Origin: Escherichia coli
GTDB taxonomy: Bacteria; Pseudomonadota; Gammaproteobacteria; Enterobacterales; Enterobacteriaceae
Strand: one strand, 5' to 3'
Length of the DNA: 64,000 nucleotides
NCBI RefSeq assembly: GCF_009931435.1
Contig: NZ_CP043414.1
Of the stretch, positions 36,362-47,123 are shown piece after piece. The notes beneath the pieces are model-generated. The model was given only the letters and a program-made list of their open reading frames with translations. It made no database searches and was not told the origin of the DNA. The position numbers and the translations under genes are program-made. Positions within the stretch are counted from its first letter, which is position 1. Each line of letters starts with the position of its first letter.

Positions 36362-38122
36362 ATGACGCAAACATTTATCCCCGGCAAAGATGCCGCTCTG
36401 GAAGATTCCATCGCTCGCTTCCAACAAAAACTTTCAGACCTCGGTTTTCAGATTGAAGAGGCCTCCTGGCTGAATCCCGTGCCTAACGTCTGGTCTGTGC
36501 ATATTCGCGACAAAGAGTGCGCACTGTGTTTTACCAACGGTAAAGGCGCAACCAAAAAAGCGGCGCTGGCTTCTGCACTCGGTGAATATTTCGAGCGTCT
36601 GTCTACCAACTACTTTTTTGCTGACTTCTGGCTGGGCGAAACCATCGCCAACGGTCCATTCGTGCATTATCCCAACGAAAAATGGTTCCCACTGACCGAA
36701 AACGACGATGTACCAGAAGGGCTGCTCGATGACCGTCTGCGCGCATTTTACGATCCGGAGAATGAACTGACCGGCAGCATGCTGATTGACCTACAATCTG
36801 GTAACGAAGATCGTGGTATTTGCGGTCTGCCGTTTACGCGCCAGTCCGACAATCAGATCGTTTATATTCCGATGAATATCATTGGTAACCTGTACGTTTC
36901 TAACGGTATGTCCGCTGGCAATACCCGCAACGAAGCGCGCGTTCAGGGATTATCTGAAGTTTTCGAACGCTACGTGAAAAACCGCATTATTGCTGAAAGC
37001 ATCAGCCTGCCAGAGATCCCGACAGACGTGCTGGCGCGTTATCCAGCGGTGGTTGAAGCGATCGAAACACTGGAAGCGGAAGGTTTCCCGATCTTCGCTT
37101 ATGATGCCTCGCTTGGCGGTCAATATCCGGTGATCTGCGTGGTACTGTTCAATCCAGCTAACGGTACCTGCTTTGCATCCTTCGGTGCACATCCTGATTT
37201 TGGCGTTGCACTGGAACGTACCGTGACCGAGTTGCTGCAAGGCCGCGGTCTGAAAGATTTGGATGTGTTTACTCCGCCAACCTTCGATGATGAAGAAGTC
37301 GCTGAACATACTAACCTCGAAACGCACTTTATCGATTCCAGCGGTTTAATCTCCTGGGACCTATTCAAGCAGGATGCTGATTATCCGTTTGTGGACTGGA
37401 GCTTCTCAGGCACCACGGAAGAAGAGTTTGCTACGCTGATGGCTATCTTCAACAAAGAAGATAAAGAAGTTTATATTGCCGATTACGAGCATCTGGGCGT
37501 TTATGCTTGCCGCATTATCGTGCCTGGCATGTCCGATATTTATCCGGCAGAAGATCTGTGGCTGGCGAATAACAGCATGGGCAGCCATTTACGTGAAACG
37601 ATTCTTTCACTCCCAGGCAGCGAGTGGGAAAAAGAAGATTACCTGAACCTCATCGAGCAACTGGATGAAGAAGGTTTTGATGACTTTACCCGCGTGCGTG
37701 AGCTATTGGGTCTGGCAACCGGGCCGGATAACGGCTGGTACACTCTGCGTATCGGTGAATTAAAGGCTATGTTGGCGCTGGCTGGTGGCGATCTGGAACA
37801 GGCTCTGGTCTGGACTGAATGGACGATGGAATTTAACTCATCAGTGTTCAGTCCGGAACGCGCCAACTATTATCGCTGTCTGCAAACGTTGTTATTACTG
37901 GCACAGGAAGAAGACCGCCAACCACTGCAATATCTGAATGCCTTCGTTCGTATGTATGGCGCAGATGCCGTAGAAGCCGCCAGTGCGGCAATGAGCGGTG
38001 AATCGGCGTTTTATGGCTTGCAACCCGTAGATAGCGATCTGCACGCGTTTGCTGCACATCAGTCGTTGTTGAAGGCCTACGAAAAGCTGCAGCGCGCCAA
38101 AGCAGCATTCTGGGCAAAATAA
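36362..38122 (+). CDS. ycaO: YcaO-domain protein (ATP-dependent amide-activating fold; linked to S12 beta-methylthiolation)
   Basis: ORF 36329..38122; start at ATG 36362 (MTQTFIPGKDAALEDSIARFQQK...), 586 aa. Confidence 0.93.
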   Translation: MTQTFIPGKDAALEDSIARFQQKLSDLGFQIEEASWLNPVPNVWSVHIRDKECALCFTNGKGATKKAALASALGEYFERLSTNYFFADFWLGETIANGPFVHYPNEKWFPLTENDDVPEGLLDDRLRAFYDPENELTGSMLIDLQSGNEDRGICGLPFTRQSDNQIVYIPMNIIGNLYVSNGMSAGNTRNEARVQGLSEVFERYVKNRIIAESISLPEIPTDVLARYPAVVEAIETLEAEGFPIFAYDASLGGQYPVICVVLFNPANGTCFASFGAHPDFGVALERTVTELLQGRGLKDLDVFTPPTFDDEEVAEHTNLETHFIDSSGLISWDLFKQDADYPFVDWSFSGTTEEEFATLMAIFNKEDKEVYIADYEHLGVYACRIIVPGMSDIYPAEDLWLANNSMGSHLRETILSLPGSEWEKEDYLNLIEQLDEEGFDDFTRVRELLGLATGPDNGWYTLRIGELKAMLALAGGDLEQALVWTEWTMEFNSSVFSPERANYYRCLQTLLLLAQEEDRQPLQYLNAFVRMYGADAVEAASAAMSGESAFYGLQPVDSDLHAFAAHQSLLKAYEKLQRAKAAFWAK

Positions 38123-38129
38123 AATCAAA

Positions 38130-38149
38130 TAGCCTACGCAATGTAGGCT
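38130..38149 (+). terminator. Hairpin downstream of ycaO (weak terminator candidate)
   Basis: TAGCCTAC-gcaa-TGTAGGCT immediately after the ycaO stop, without a strong T-run. Confidence 0.4.
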
Positions 38150-38453
38150 TAATGATTCGTCTGAGTTATATTACGGGGCGTTTTTTTAATGCCCCGCTTT
38201 ACATATATTTGCATTAATAAAATAATTGTAATTATAAAGTTAAATATCGATAATTTGTATTTAATAAATACGATCGATATTGTTACTTTATTCGCTTGGT
38301 GCTCCCTTTTAATTAACTGTTTTAGCGGAGGATGCGGAAAAAATTCAACTCATTTGTTAATTTTTAAAATTTATTTTTATTTGGATAATCAAATATTTAC
38401 TCCGTATTTGCATAAAAACCATGCGAGTTACGGGCCTATAAGCCAGGCGAGAT

Positions 38454-38467
38454 ATGATCTATATCAA
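38454..38467. promoter_or_regulatory. FNR-type site upstream of focA
   Basis: ATGAT-CTAT-ATCAA matches TTGAT-N4-ATCAA at 9 of 10 positions, with a TATAAT hexamer at 38477..38482; the focA-pflB operon is FNR-activated. Confidence 0.55.
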
Positions 38468-38527
38468 TTTCTCATCTATAATGCTTTGTTAGTATCTCGT
38501 CGCCGACTTAATAAAGAGAGAGTTAGT

Positions 38528-39385
38528 GTGAAAGCTGACAACCCTTTTGATCTTTTACTTCCTGCAGCAATGGCCAAAGTGGCCGAAGAGGCAGGTGTCT
38601 ATAAAGCAACGAAACATCCGCTTAAGACTTTCTATCTGGCGATTACCGCCGGTGTTTTCATCTCAATCGCATTCGTCTTCTATATCACAGCAACCACTGG
38701 CACAGGAACAATGCCCTTCGGCATGGCAAAACTGGTTGGCGGCATTTGCTTCTCTCTGGGGCTGATTCTTTGTGTTGTCTGCGGAGCCGATCTCTTTACT
38801 TCCACAGTGTTGATTGTTGTTGCTAAGGCGAGTGGGCGCATCACCTGGGGTCAGTTGGCGAAAAACTGGCTAAATGTCTATTTTGGCAACCTGGTCGGCG
38901 CACTGCTGTTTGTACTTTTAATGTGGCTTTCCGGCGAGTATATGACCGCGAATGGTCAATGGGGACTAAACGTCCTACAAACCGCCGACCACAAAGTGCA
39001 CCATACTTTTATTGAGGCCGTCTGCCTTGGTATCCTGGCAAACCTGATGGTATGTCTGGCAGTATGGATGAGTTATTCTGGCCGCAGCCTGATGGATAAA
39101 GCGTTCATTATGGTGCTGCCGGTCGCGATGTTTGTTGCCAGCGGTTTTGAGCACAGTATCGCAAACATGTTTATGATCCCGATGGGTATTGTAATCCGCG
39201 ACTTCGCATCTCCGGAATTCTGGACCGCTGTCGGTTCTGCACCGGAAAATTTTTCTCACCTGACCGTGATGAACTTCATCACTGATAACCTGATTCCGGT
39301 TACGATCGGTAATATTATCGGCGGTGGTTTGTTGGTTGGGTTGACATACTGGGTCATTTACCTGCGTGAAAACGATCACCATTAA
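38528..39385 (+). CDS. focA: Formate channel FocA (FNT family)
   Basis: ORF 38189..39385; start placed at the in-frame GTG 38528 giving (M)KADNPFDLLLPAAMAKVAEEAGVYKATKHP..., 285 aa; the upstream in-frame extension is AT-rich promoter DNA. Confidence 0.9.
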   Translation: MKADNPFDLLLPAAMAKVAEEAGVYKATKHPLKTFYLAITAGVFISIAFVFYITATTGTGTMPFGMAKLVGGICFSLGLILCVVCGADLFTSTVLIVVAKASGRITWGQLAKNWLNVYFGNLVGALLFVLLMWLSGEYMTANGQWGLNVLQTADHKVHHTFIEAVCLGILANLMVCLAVWMSYSGRSLMDKAFIMVLPVAMFVASGFEHSIANMFMIPMGIVIRDFASPEFWTAVGSAPENFSHLTVMNFITDNLIPVTIGNIIGGGLLVGLTYWVIYLRENDHH

Positions 39386-39439
39386 TGGTTGTCGAAGTAC
39401 GCAGTAAATAAAAAATCCACTTAAGAAGGTAGGTGTTAC

Positions 39440-41722
39440 ATGTCCGAGCTTAATGAAAAGTTAGCCACAGCCTGGGAAGGTTTTACCAAAGGTGACTGGC
39501 AGAATGAAGTAAACGTCCGTGACTTCATTCAGAAAAACTACACTCCGTACGAGGGTGACGAGTCCTTCCTGGCTGGCGCTACTGAAGCGACCACCACCCT
39601 GTGGGACAAAGTAATGGAAGGCGTTAAACTGGAAAACCGCACTCACGCGCCAGTTGACTTTGACACCGCTGTTGCTTCCACCATCACCTCTCACGACGCT
39701 GGCTACATCAACAAAGCGTTGGAAAAAGTTGTTGGTCTGCAGACTGAAGCTCCGCTGAAACGTGCTCTTATCCCGTTCGGTGGTATCAAAATGATCGAAG
39801 GTTCCTGCAAAGCGTACAACCGCGAACTGGACCCGATGATCAAAAAAATCTTCACTGAATACCGTAAAACTCACAACCAGGGCGTGTTCGACGTTTACAC
39901 TCCGGACATCCTGCGTTGCCGTAAATCCGGTGTTCTGACCGGTCTGCCAGATGCTTATGGCCGTGGTCGTATCATCGGTGACTACCGTCGCGTTGCGCTG
40001 TACGGTATCGACTACCTGATGAAAGACAAATACGCTCAGTTCACCTCTCTGCAGGCTGATCTGGAAAACGGCGTAAACCTGGAACAGACTATCCGTCTGC
40101 GCGAAGAAATCGCTGAACAGCACCGCGCTCTGGGTCAGATGAAAGAAATGGCTGCGAAATACGGCTACGACATCTCTGGTCCGGCTACCAACGCTCAGGA
40201 AGCTATCCAGTGGACTTACTTCGGCTACCTGGCTGCTGTTAAGTCTCAGAACGGTGCTGCAATGTCCTTCGGTCGTACCTCCACCTTCCTGGATGTGTAC
40301 ATCGAACGTGACCTGAAAGCTGGCAAGATCACCGAACAAGAAGCGCAGGAAATGGTTGACCACCTGGTCATGAAACTGCGTATGGTTCGCTTCCTGCGTA
40401 CTCCGGAATACGATGAACTGTTCTCTGGCGACCCGATCTGGGCAACCGAATCTATCGGTGGTATGGGCCTCGACGGTCGTACCCTGGTTACCAAAAACAG
40501 CTTCCGTTTCCTGAACACCCTGTACACCATGGGTCCGTCTCCGGAACCGAACATGACCATTCTGTGGTCTGAAAAACTGCCGCTGAACTTCAAGAAATTC
40601 GCCGCTAAAGTGTCCATTGACACCTCTTCTCTGCAGTATGAGAACGATGACCTGATGCGTCCGGACTTCAACAACGATGACTACGCTATCGCTTGCTGCG
40701 TAAGCCCGATGATCGTTGGTAAACAAATGCAGTTCTTCGGTGCGCGTGCAAACCTGGCGAAAACCATGCTGTACGCAATCAACGGCGGCGTTGACGAAAA
40801 ACTGAAAATGCAGGTTGGTCCGAAATCTGAACCGATCAAAGGCGACGTCCTGAACTACGATGAAGTGATGGAGCGCATGGATCACTTCATGGACTGGCTG
40901 GCTAAACAGTACATCACCGCACTGAACATCATCCACTACATGCACGACAAGTACAGCTACGAAGCCTCTCTGATGGCGCTGCACGACCGTGACGTTATCC
41001 GCACCATGGCATGTGGTATTGCTGGTCTGTCCGTTGCTGCTGACTCCCTGTCTGCAATCAAATATGCGAAAGTTAAACCGATTCGTGACGAAGACGGTCT
41101 GGCTATCGACTTCGAAATCGAAGGCGAATACCCGCAGTTTGGTAACAACGACCCGCGTGTAGATGACCTGGCGGTTGACCTGGTAGAACGTTTCATGAAG
41201 AAAATTCAGAAACTGCACACCTACCGTGACGCAATCCCGACTCAGTCTGTTCTGACCATCACTTCTAACGTTGTGTATGGTAAGAAAACTGGTAACACCC
41301 CAGACGGTCGTCGTGCTGGCGCGCCGTTCGGACCGGGTGCTAACCCGATGCACGGTCGTGACCAGAAAGGTGCTGTAGCATCTCTGACTTCCGTTGCTAA
41401 ACTGCCGTTTGCTTACGCTAAAGATGGTATCTCCTACACCTTCTCTATCGTTCCGAACGCACTGGGTAAAGACGACGAAGTTCGTAAGACCAACCTGGCT
41501 GGTCTGATGGATGGTTACTTCCACCACGAAGCATCCATCGAAGGTGGTCAGCACCTGAACGTTAACGTGATGAACCGTGAAATGCTGCTCGACGCGATGG
41601 AAAACCCGGAAAAATATCCGCAGCTGACCATCCGTGTATCTGGCTACGCAGTACGTTTCAACTCGCTGACTAAAGAACAGCAGCAGGACGTTATTACTCG
41701 TACCTTCACTCAATCTATGTAA
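39440..41722 (+). CDS. pflB: Pyruvate formate-lyase (formate C-acetyltransferase 1)
   Basis: 760-aa [55 protein letters not shown]... with the C-terminal glycyl-radical motif RVSGYAV. Confidence 0.98.
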   Translation: MSELNEKLATAWEGFTKGDWQNEVNVRDFIQKNYTPYEGDESFLAGATEATTTLWDKVMEGVKLENRTHAPVDFDTAVASTITSHDAGYINKALEKVVGLQTEAPLKRALIPFGGIKMIEGSCKAYNRELDPMIKKIFTEYRKTHNQGVFDVYTPDILRCRKSGVLTGLPDAYGRGRIIGDYRRVALYGIDYLMKDKYAQFTSLQADLENGVNLEQTIRLREEIAEQHRALGQMKEMAAKYGYDISGPATNAQEAIQWTYFGYLAAVKSQNGAAMSFGRTSTFLDVYIERDLKAGKITEQEAQEMVDHLVMKLRMVRFLRTPEYDELFSGDPIWATESIGGMGLDGRTLVTKNSFRFLNTLYTMGPSPEPNMTILWSEKLPLNFKKFAAKVSIDTSSLQYENDDLMRPDFNNDDYAIACCVSPMIVGKQMQFFGARANLAKTMLYAINGGVDEKLKMQVGPKSEPIKGDVLNYDEVMERMDHFMDWLAKQYITALNIIHYMHDKYSYEASLMALHDRDVIRTMACGIAGLSVAADSLSAIKYAKVKPIRDEDGLAIDFEIEGEYPQFGNNDPRVDDLAVDLVERFMKKIQKLHTYRDAIPTQSVLTITSNVVYGKKTGNTPDGRRAGAPFGPGANPMHGRDQKGAVASLTSVAKLPFAYAKDGISYTFSIVPNALGKDDEVRKTNLAGLMDGYFHHEASIEGGQHLNVNVMNREMLLDAMENPEKYPQLTIRVSGYAVRFNSLTKEQQQDVITRTFTQSM

Positions 41723-41764
41723 TTAGTTTTGACTGAAATCGTACAGTAAAAAGCGTACAATAAA

Positions 41765-41790
41765 GGCTCCACGAAAGTGGGGCCTTTTTT
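41765..41790 (+). terminator. Rho-independent terminator downstream of pflB
   Basis: GGCTCCAC-gaaa-GTGGGGCC followed by a T6 run. Confidence 0.7.
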
Positions 41791-41913
41791 AGCACGAGAG
41801 CCTTTTTTGTCAGCTATCTATACTTTAAGGTGACTGCCAAAACAGACTCGACGTAGCCTTCGAGCTGCGCACCAACACGGCCTCAGATGGGCCACATCTG
41901 GAGAAACACCGCA

Positions 41914-42654
41914 ATGTCAGTTATTGGTCGCATTCACTCCTTTGAATCCTGTGGAACCGTAGACGGCCCGGGTATTCGCTTTATCACCTTTTTCCAGGGC
42001 TGCCTGATGCGCTGCCTGTATTGTCATAACCGCGACACCTGGGACACGCATGGCGGTAAAGAAGTTACCGTTGAAGATTTGATGAAGGAAGTGGTGACCT
42101 ATCGCCACTTTATGAACGCTTCCGGCGGCGGCGTTACCGCATCCGGCGGTGAAGCAATCCTGCAAGCTGAGTTTGTTCGTGACTGGTTCCGCGCCTGCAA
42201 AAAAGAAGGCATTCATACCTGTCTGGATACCAACGGTTTTGTTCGTCGTTACGATCCGGTGATTGATGAACTGCTGGAAGTAACCGACCTGGTAATGCTC
42301 GATCTCAAACAGATGAACGACGAGATCCACCAAAATCTGGTTGGAGTTTCCAACCACCGCACGCTGGAGTTTGCTAAATATCTGGCGAATAAAAATGTGA
42401 AGGTGTGGATCCGCTACGTTGTTGTCCCAGGCTGGTCTGACGATGACGATTCAGCGCATCGCCTCGGTGAATTTACCCGTGATATGGGCAACGTTGAGAA
42501 AATCGAGCTTCTCCCCTACCACGAGCTGGGCAAACACAAATGGGTGGCGATGGGTGAAGAATACAAACTTGATGGTGTTAAACCACCGAAGAAAGAGACC
42601 ATGGAACGCGTGAAAGGCATTCTTGAGCAGTACGGTCATAAGGTAATGTTCTAA
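41914..42654 (+). CDS. pflA: Pyruvate formate-lyase activating enzyme (radical SAM)
   Basis: ORF 41887..42654; start at ATG 41914 ([23 protein letters not shown]...), 246 aa; CxxxCxxC cluster motif CLMRCLYC. Confidence 0.96.
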   Translation: MSVIGRIHSFESCGTVDGPGIRFITFFQGCLMRCLYCHNRDTWDTHGGKEVTVEDLMKEVVTYRHFMNASGGGVTASGGEAILQAEFVRDWFRACKKEGIHTCLDTNGFVRRYDPVIDELLEVTDLVMLDLKQMNDEIHQNLVGVSNHRTLEFAKYLANKNVKVWIRYVVVPGWSDDDDSAHRLGEFTRDMGNVEKIELLPYHELGKHKWVAMGEEYKLDGVKPPKKETMERVKGILEQYGHKVMF

Positions 42655-42666
42655 TTTCCCCGTAAA

Positions 42667-42690
42667 GCGGCAACTTTATTGAGTTGCCGC
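42667..42690. terminator. Terminator hairpin between convergent pflA and ycaK
   Basis: GCGGCAACT-ttattg-AGTTGCCGC followed by TTTGTT. Confidence 0.6.
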
Positions 42691-42735
42691 TTTGTTATTC
42701 CGCGCTTCATTCTGCTACAGCGTTTTTAACACATC

Positions 42736-43326
42736 TTATAGTGCATCTACCATATCCCGTACCTGAGATAATAACGACTGATAATAGCTCGCGTGAAGTT
42801 CTTCTCCATCGAATACCACTGTATTACACAAGAAAGTGACATCGGCATCTTCAATACCAAGATAACTGCACATATTTATCAAATAATCGCTTATATTTTT
42901 TTCCCAGCCCATCTGGACAAATGATTCTTTGTCTCCTCCAACCAGCGCCACCCAACGAACTTTATTGAATGGTAATTTGTGCCCATCTCCATAAGCCAGC
43001 CCATTATTCCATACTCTGTCAATATATCCTTTTATCATTGCTGGGAAGTTGTACCACCAGAGAGGAAAAACCACCACTAACGTGTCATGTTCAAGCAGCT
43101 CTGAATAAAGCTGATGAACATCTGGAGAATAACGTTTATCCATATTCTTCCAGTCTGGTTCATCTTCCGGCGTCATCACCGGGTTGAAATTACGCCGATA
43201 TAAATCGAGTTCCGTCACCTGTATTTTCCGCTCCATTGCCCGCTGATGGATCGCATCAGCAATATGTGCGGTCAATGAATCATGACGAGGATGGGCCCAT
43301 ACCAAATAAATACGTTCAGACTGCAT
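42736..43326 (-). CDS. ycaK: Flavodoxin-like-fold NAD(P)H dehydrogenase (quinone)-family protein YcaK
   Basis: 196-aa ORF MQSERIYLVWAHPRHDSLTAHIADAI...; matches YcaK. Confidence 0.88.
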   Translation of the reverse strand: MQSERIYLVWAHPRHDSLTAHIADAIHQRAMERKIQVTELDLYRRNFNPVMTPEDEPDWKNMDKRYSPDVHQLYSELLEHDTLVVVFPLWWYNFPAMIKGYIDRVWNNGLAYGDGHKLPFNKVRWVALVGGDKESFVQMGWEKNISDYLINMCSYLGIEDADVTFLCNTVVFDGEELHASYYQSLLSQVRDMVDAL

Positions 43327-43425
43327 AATTTTACCTCCACGTTAAGTTCTGGAGCGCACTTTACGCAGGCGGCATCATCCTGTAAACGTGATGATTCAGG
43401 ATGAGTTAATGAAGGATTTTCACTA

Positions 43426-44334
43426 ATGCGGATGAATATGTCTGACTTTGCCACTTTCTTTGCCGTGGCCCGTAATCAAAGCTTTCGTGCAGCAGGCGAT
43501 GAGTTAGGCTTATCTTCGTCCGCCATTAGCCATAGTATTAAAACACTGGAACAACGTCTTAAAATTCGCTTATTCAATCGGACAACCCGAAGCGTATCGT
43601 TAACGGAAGCGGGTTCTAATCTCTATGAACGATTGCGCCCAGCTTTCGACGAAATTCAGATCATGTTAGATGAGATGAATGATTTTCGTCTGACACCGAC
43701 AGGTACGCTCAAAATCAATGCCGCCCGGGTAGCTGCACGTATATTTTTAATACCTTTACTGGTTGGTTTCACACGTGAATATCCTGATATTAAAGTCGAG
43801 CTCACAACTGACGACTCTCTTGTTGATATCGTCCAGCAGGGCTTTGACGCTGGCGTTCGACTTAGTGGCATCGTCGAAAAAGATATGATCAGCGTGGCGA
43901 TCGGCCCGCCAGTGAAATTATGTGTAGCAGCAACGCCAGAGTACTTTGCAAGATATGGCAACCCCCGCCATCCTCATGATCTGCTTAATCATCAATGTGT
44001 TGTTTTTCGTTATCCCAGCGGCAAACCTTTCCACTGGCAATTTGCAAAAGAGCTGGAAATTGCTGTCGCAGGAAATATCATTCTGGATGATGTTGATGCT
44101 GAACTGGATGCCGTTTTGATGGGTGCTGGTATCGGGTATCTGCTTTATGAACAGATCAAGGAGTACCTTGATACCGGTCGTTTAGAATGTGTACTGGAAG
44201 ACTGGATCACAGAGCGTCCAGGCTTCCAGATCTATTACCCAAACCGCCAGTATATGTCCTGCGGCTTGCGCGCATTTCTCGATTATGTAAAAACGGGTCA
44301 GATCTGCCAGAGTCAGCGTCACCGACCACAATAA
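43426..44334 (+). CDS. ycaN: LysR-family transcriptional regulator YcaN
   Basis: 302-aa ORF with N-terminal helix-turn-helix and LysR substrate-binding region; transcribed divergently from ycaK. Confidence 0.9.
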   Translation: MRMNMSDFATFFAVARNQSFRAAGDELGLSSSAISHSIKTLEQRLKIRLFNRTTRSVSLTEAGSNLYERLRPAFDEIQIMLDEMNDFRLTPTGTLKINAARVAARIFLIPLLVGFTREYPDIKVELTTDDSLVDIVQQGFDAGVRLSGIVEKDMISVAIGPPVKLCVAATPEYFARYGNPRHPHDLLNHQCVVFRYPSGKPFHWQFAKELEIAVAGNIILDDVDAELDAVLMGAGIGYLLYEQIKEYLDTGRLECVLEDWITERPGFQIYYPNRQYMSCGLRAFLDYVKTGQICQSQRHRPQ

Positions 44335-45765
44335 TTATTTGCTATTCGCTTTACGCGCCAGCAGCGGGAATATCAGCCCTAATCCCACCAGCACAAACGG
44401 CGTTGCAACATTCAGCGCCAACTGGAATGTCCACTCTGCGGTGAAGGCTTCCATTTTCGGGAAAATACCAGTCAGGCAGGCAAAAGCGGTAAAGGCAAAA
44501 CACCAAATTCCGACGGTCATTGCCAGCGGCTTATTACGAATAAAGACATATTCCGGCTTATATTTCTGCGCCAGGCGAACAACTGCAATAAATGCAACAA
44601 ATACCCATAAATAACGCAGCGGCATCACTACCGAGTTAAGATTCAACAGCCATTTATAGAGATTGTTCATATCACCAATGCCGAGAGTCGGCAGCATTAT
44701 CAGGATCGCCACCAGCACCAGGGTCAGAAAATAGCCATTAACGGGCGTACCAGAAGCGTTGGTACGACATAAACTGGCTGGAATATATTTGCTGTCAGCA
44801 TCGCCTAATAACACTTTAAGCGGCGCATCAATCGAGAATACCAGCGCAGCTACTTGTCCTAGGGTATTCGCAATGGCATAAATCACCATTAAAGTATTAC
44901 CCATGTTGTAATATTCGCCCAGCTTCTGAAAGGCGTAATACTGACCGTTAGTCATTAAGTCATCCGGGATATTACGCGAGTCAAACATCATCCCCATCGC
45001 CAGTGAGCCCAGAATGGCACAAACCGCAACCATCACCGCCAGGCATAACATCCCTTTTGGAAATTCTTTTCCTGGGTTGCGCGTTTGATTAACGTAAGGA
45101 GAAATCTTCTCTGCTCCGCCAACCGCGAAAACCAGCATTGAAATAGTGGTAATGTAGGTAAAGTCGATATGAGGAATGAACGTTTCCCAGGTAATGTTTG
45201 TGGTCGCAATATGCACTTCAGTAATCGCAGGCGCGGTTACCGCCATCGCCACATACAGGAGCGACATAACAAACATCGCAATCCCTGCCACAGAACCGAC
45301 GATTTTCAGCGATTTCATACCGCGTGAAGCAACCCACATAAAGAAGACAAACAGCACCAGCGTTAACCCCTGTAACGCTACGACGGAATATTCTTTGATT
45401 AACGAACCGTCGCCTTTCATCGCCCAACCGAGCGCAATCAGTATTGCCTGGGGTTTTTGTGCCAGATAGGGAATATGCACTACCCAGTAGGTCCACGCGG
45501 CGAGGTAAGCCAGTCCGGGTCCCATCGTGTGTTTAATCCAGGTACTGACCCCGCCCTTCCCATCTTTGAAGGTCGAGCCTAACTGACCAACAATTAGCGC
45601 ATAAGGTGTGAAATAGAGCGCAAATATAAACACCCATGAAAAAACAACCACCAGCCCCTGGTTGGCGTAGTTATTAACAACGTTGCCAAAACCCCAGACA
45701 GTGATAAAAGACATCAGCGCAATGTTGTACCATCGCAGCTGTTTTTCCTGAACATTCCCAGCCAT
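44335..45765 (-). CDS. ycaM: Putative transporter YcaM (amino acid/polyamine/organocation-type permease)
   Basis: ORF 44335..45957; start placed at ATG 45765 (MAGNVQEKQLRWYNIALMSFITVWGF...), preceded by AAGGA; 476 aa, multi-pass membrane protein. Confidence 0.88.
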   Translation of the reverse strand: MAGNVQEKQLRWYNIALMSFITVWGFGNVVNNYANQGLVVVFSWVFIFALYFTPYALIVGQLGSTFKDGKGGVSTWIKHTMGPGLAYLAAWTYWVVHIPYLAQKPQAILIALGWAMKGDGSLIKEYSVVALQGLTLVLFVFFMWVASRGMKSLKIVGSVAGIAMFVMSLLYVAMAVTAPAITEVHIATTNITWETFIPHIDFTYITTISMLVFAVGGAEKISPYVNQTRNPGKEFPKGMLCLAVMVAVCAILGSLAMGMMFDSRNIPDDLMTNGQYYAFQKLGEYYNMGNTLMVIYAIANTLGQVAALVFSIDAPLKVLLGDADSKYIPASLCRTNASGTPVNGYFLTLVLVAILIMLPTLGIGDMNNLYKWLLNLNSVVMPLRYLWVFVAFIAVVRLAQKYKPEYVFIRNKPLAMTVGIWCFAFTAFACLTGIFPKMEAFTAEWTFQLALNVATPFVLVGLGLIFPLLARKANSK

Positions 45766-45923
45766 AGACAAATCCTTCGCCAAAATTAAAGGGGCATCTG
45801 TAAAACGAGGGATTATGCGCGGCAAATAAGAAGTGCGGAAATAGCGAAATGCAAAATTATAACCTGCTGCACATTTTATTTTGAAACGAATAAAATTTTG
45901 AAAAAAGCAAGTCAGAGAGAAGA

Positions 45924-45964
45924 AACAAAAAAGCAGAGTGTGAAACAGTAAGTTCACACTCTGC
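45924..45964 (-). terminator. Rho-independent terminator downstream of ycaD
   Basis: 12-bp stem GCAGAGTGTGAA...TTCACACTCTGC, followed on the minus strand by TTTTTTG. Confidence 0.65.
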
Positions 45965-45974
45965 GTTAATTCAT

Positions 45975-47123
45975 TTACACGTGAGCAACGGGTTTCGGCG
46001 TATGACCGGCGTTGCGAAGCAGCATCAGCAAATAGATAAACGATACGCTGGCGATCATGATAAACAATAAATTATCGGAGAAATTCTGCATTAGCATAGC
46101 GGTAAATGACGGGCCAAGCAGACTTCCTACGGTATAGCTCAACAGTAAGGCCTGGTTCATCGCCACCAGTTGATGATGTTCAACTTTCTCGCAAGCCCAT
46201 GCCATCGCCACCGGATATAGCGTAAAGCCAGCGGCACCGAGGATGAATAACGCTGGGGCCATCGCCGCCTGGCTAAGCATCGCGATACTGCCGAGAATGA
46301 CGACAAAGACCTGAACACGCAACACCAGCAGTCGACCAAACTTATCCGCCAGACGTCCAATCGGCCATTGTCCAAGGATACCCGCACTGACCAGTACCGC
46401 CATCCAGAAACCAATGCTGGCATTGCTCACCCCTTTGTGATTGAGGTACAGCGGCATCAGGCCATATAGAGATCCCAGAACGATTCCTGAGATAATGCAG
46501 CCATTCACGCCAAGCCGCGCCTGACGGAGTTTTAGCATGGACGTAATTAACGTCGAATCATGGTTTTCAGCCTGCTGATTCAGCACACGCGTAAACAACA
46601 GCGGTAAGATCCCTGCCAACGTCAAACCTGTAACCCACGGCAATACGGACATCAGCTCGGTTGAAACTTTGCTGACCAGTAACTGGCCTAAAAACGTTCC
46701 CACGTAATAAACCATCATATACGCAGCAAGCAAACGCCCACGGTTACGTGACGTCCCACTGCACATCAGCGCGCTCTCAACAACCACCCAAATCATGGCA
46801 CAGCCGACGCCGGCGACAAAACGCCAAGCCAACCAGCTCCAGAATCCAATCATCAGGCCAAGGCCGGCACAGCCAGCGGCAAAAATGAAGGAGGCCAGAT
46901 AATAGCTGCGGTTAAAGCCAATGCGCTTAATGACATACCCTGTCAGCAATGTACCGACCAGGTTGCCGGTAAAATAGGATGAGCTGACAACGCCTACCTG
47001 CCATGTGGACATATGTTCCTGGGCGAGCCAAAGCGGCACGAGTGTATTTAACACTGCGATCGCCAAAGTCAACAAAAGCAGGCCAGACAGCAAAAGCATG
47101 ACAGGCCGGGTATACGTGGACAT
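45975..47123 (-). CDS. ycaD: Major facilitator superfamily transporter YcaD
   Basis: 382-aa, 12-helix-type ORF matching YcaD. Confidence 0.9.
   Translation of the reverse strand: MSTYTRPVMLLLSGLLLLTLAIAVLNTLVPLWLAQEHMSTWQVGVVSSSYFTGNLVGTLLTGYVIKRIGFNRSYYLASFIFAAGCAGLGLMIGFWSWLAWRFVAGVGCAMIWVVVESALMCSGTSRNRGRLLAAYMMVYYVGTFLGQLLVSKVSTELMSVLPWVTGLTLAGILPLLFTRVLNQQAENHDSTLITSMLKLRQARLGVNGCIISGIVLGSLYGLMPLYLNHKGVSNASIGFWMAVLVSAGILGQWPIGRLADKFGRLLVLRVQVFVVILGSIAMLSQAAMAPALFILGAAGFTLYPVAMAWACEKVEHHQLVAMNQALLLSYTVGSLLGPSFTAMLMQNFSDNLLFIMIASVSFIYLLMLLRNAGHTPKPVAHV

Noticed and set aside
38189-38527. An in-frame 113-codon N-terminal extension of the focA ORF.
   Set aside because: The extension lies in AT-rich promoter DNA, contains the FNR site and -10 element, and translates to low-complexity sequence; the conserved FocA N-terminus begins at the GTG at 38528.
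39461-41713. A 750-codon open reading frame on the minus strand spanning almost all of pflB.
   Set aside because: It is exactly antisense to the highly expressed pflB gene and its translation is low-complexity with no recognisable domain. Long stop-free antisense frames are an expected by-product of strong codon bias. The same explanation covers the antisense ORFs in rpsA (29824..30963), ompF (6227..7015), mukB (12260..12994, 13916..14362, 15647..16102, 16145..16645), asnS (5074..5607), pepN (234..1262, 1644..2213) and dmsA (49916..50485, 51413..51820).
45766-45957. A 64-codon upstream extension of ycaM (ORF start at 45957).
   Set aside because: The extension overlaps the ycaD terminator hairpin and AT-rich promoter sequence; the ATG at 45765 has a plausible Shine-Dalgarno sequence (AAGGA) and gives the 476-aa product.
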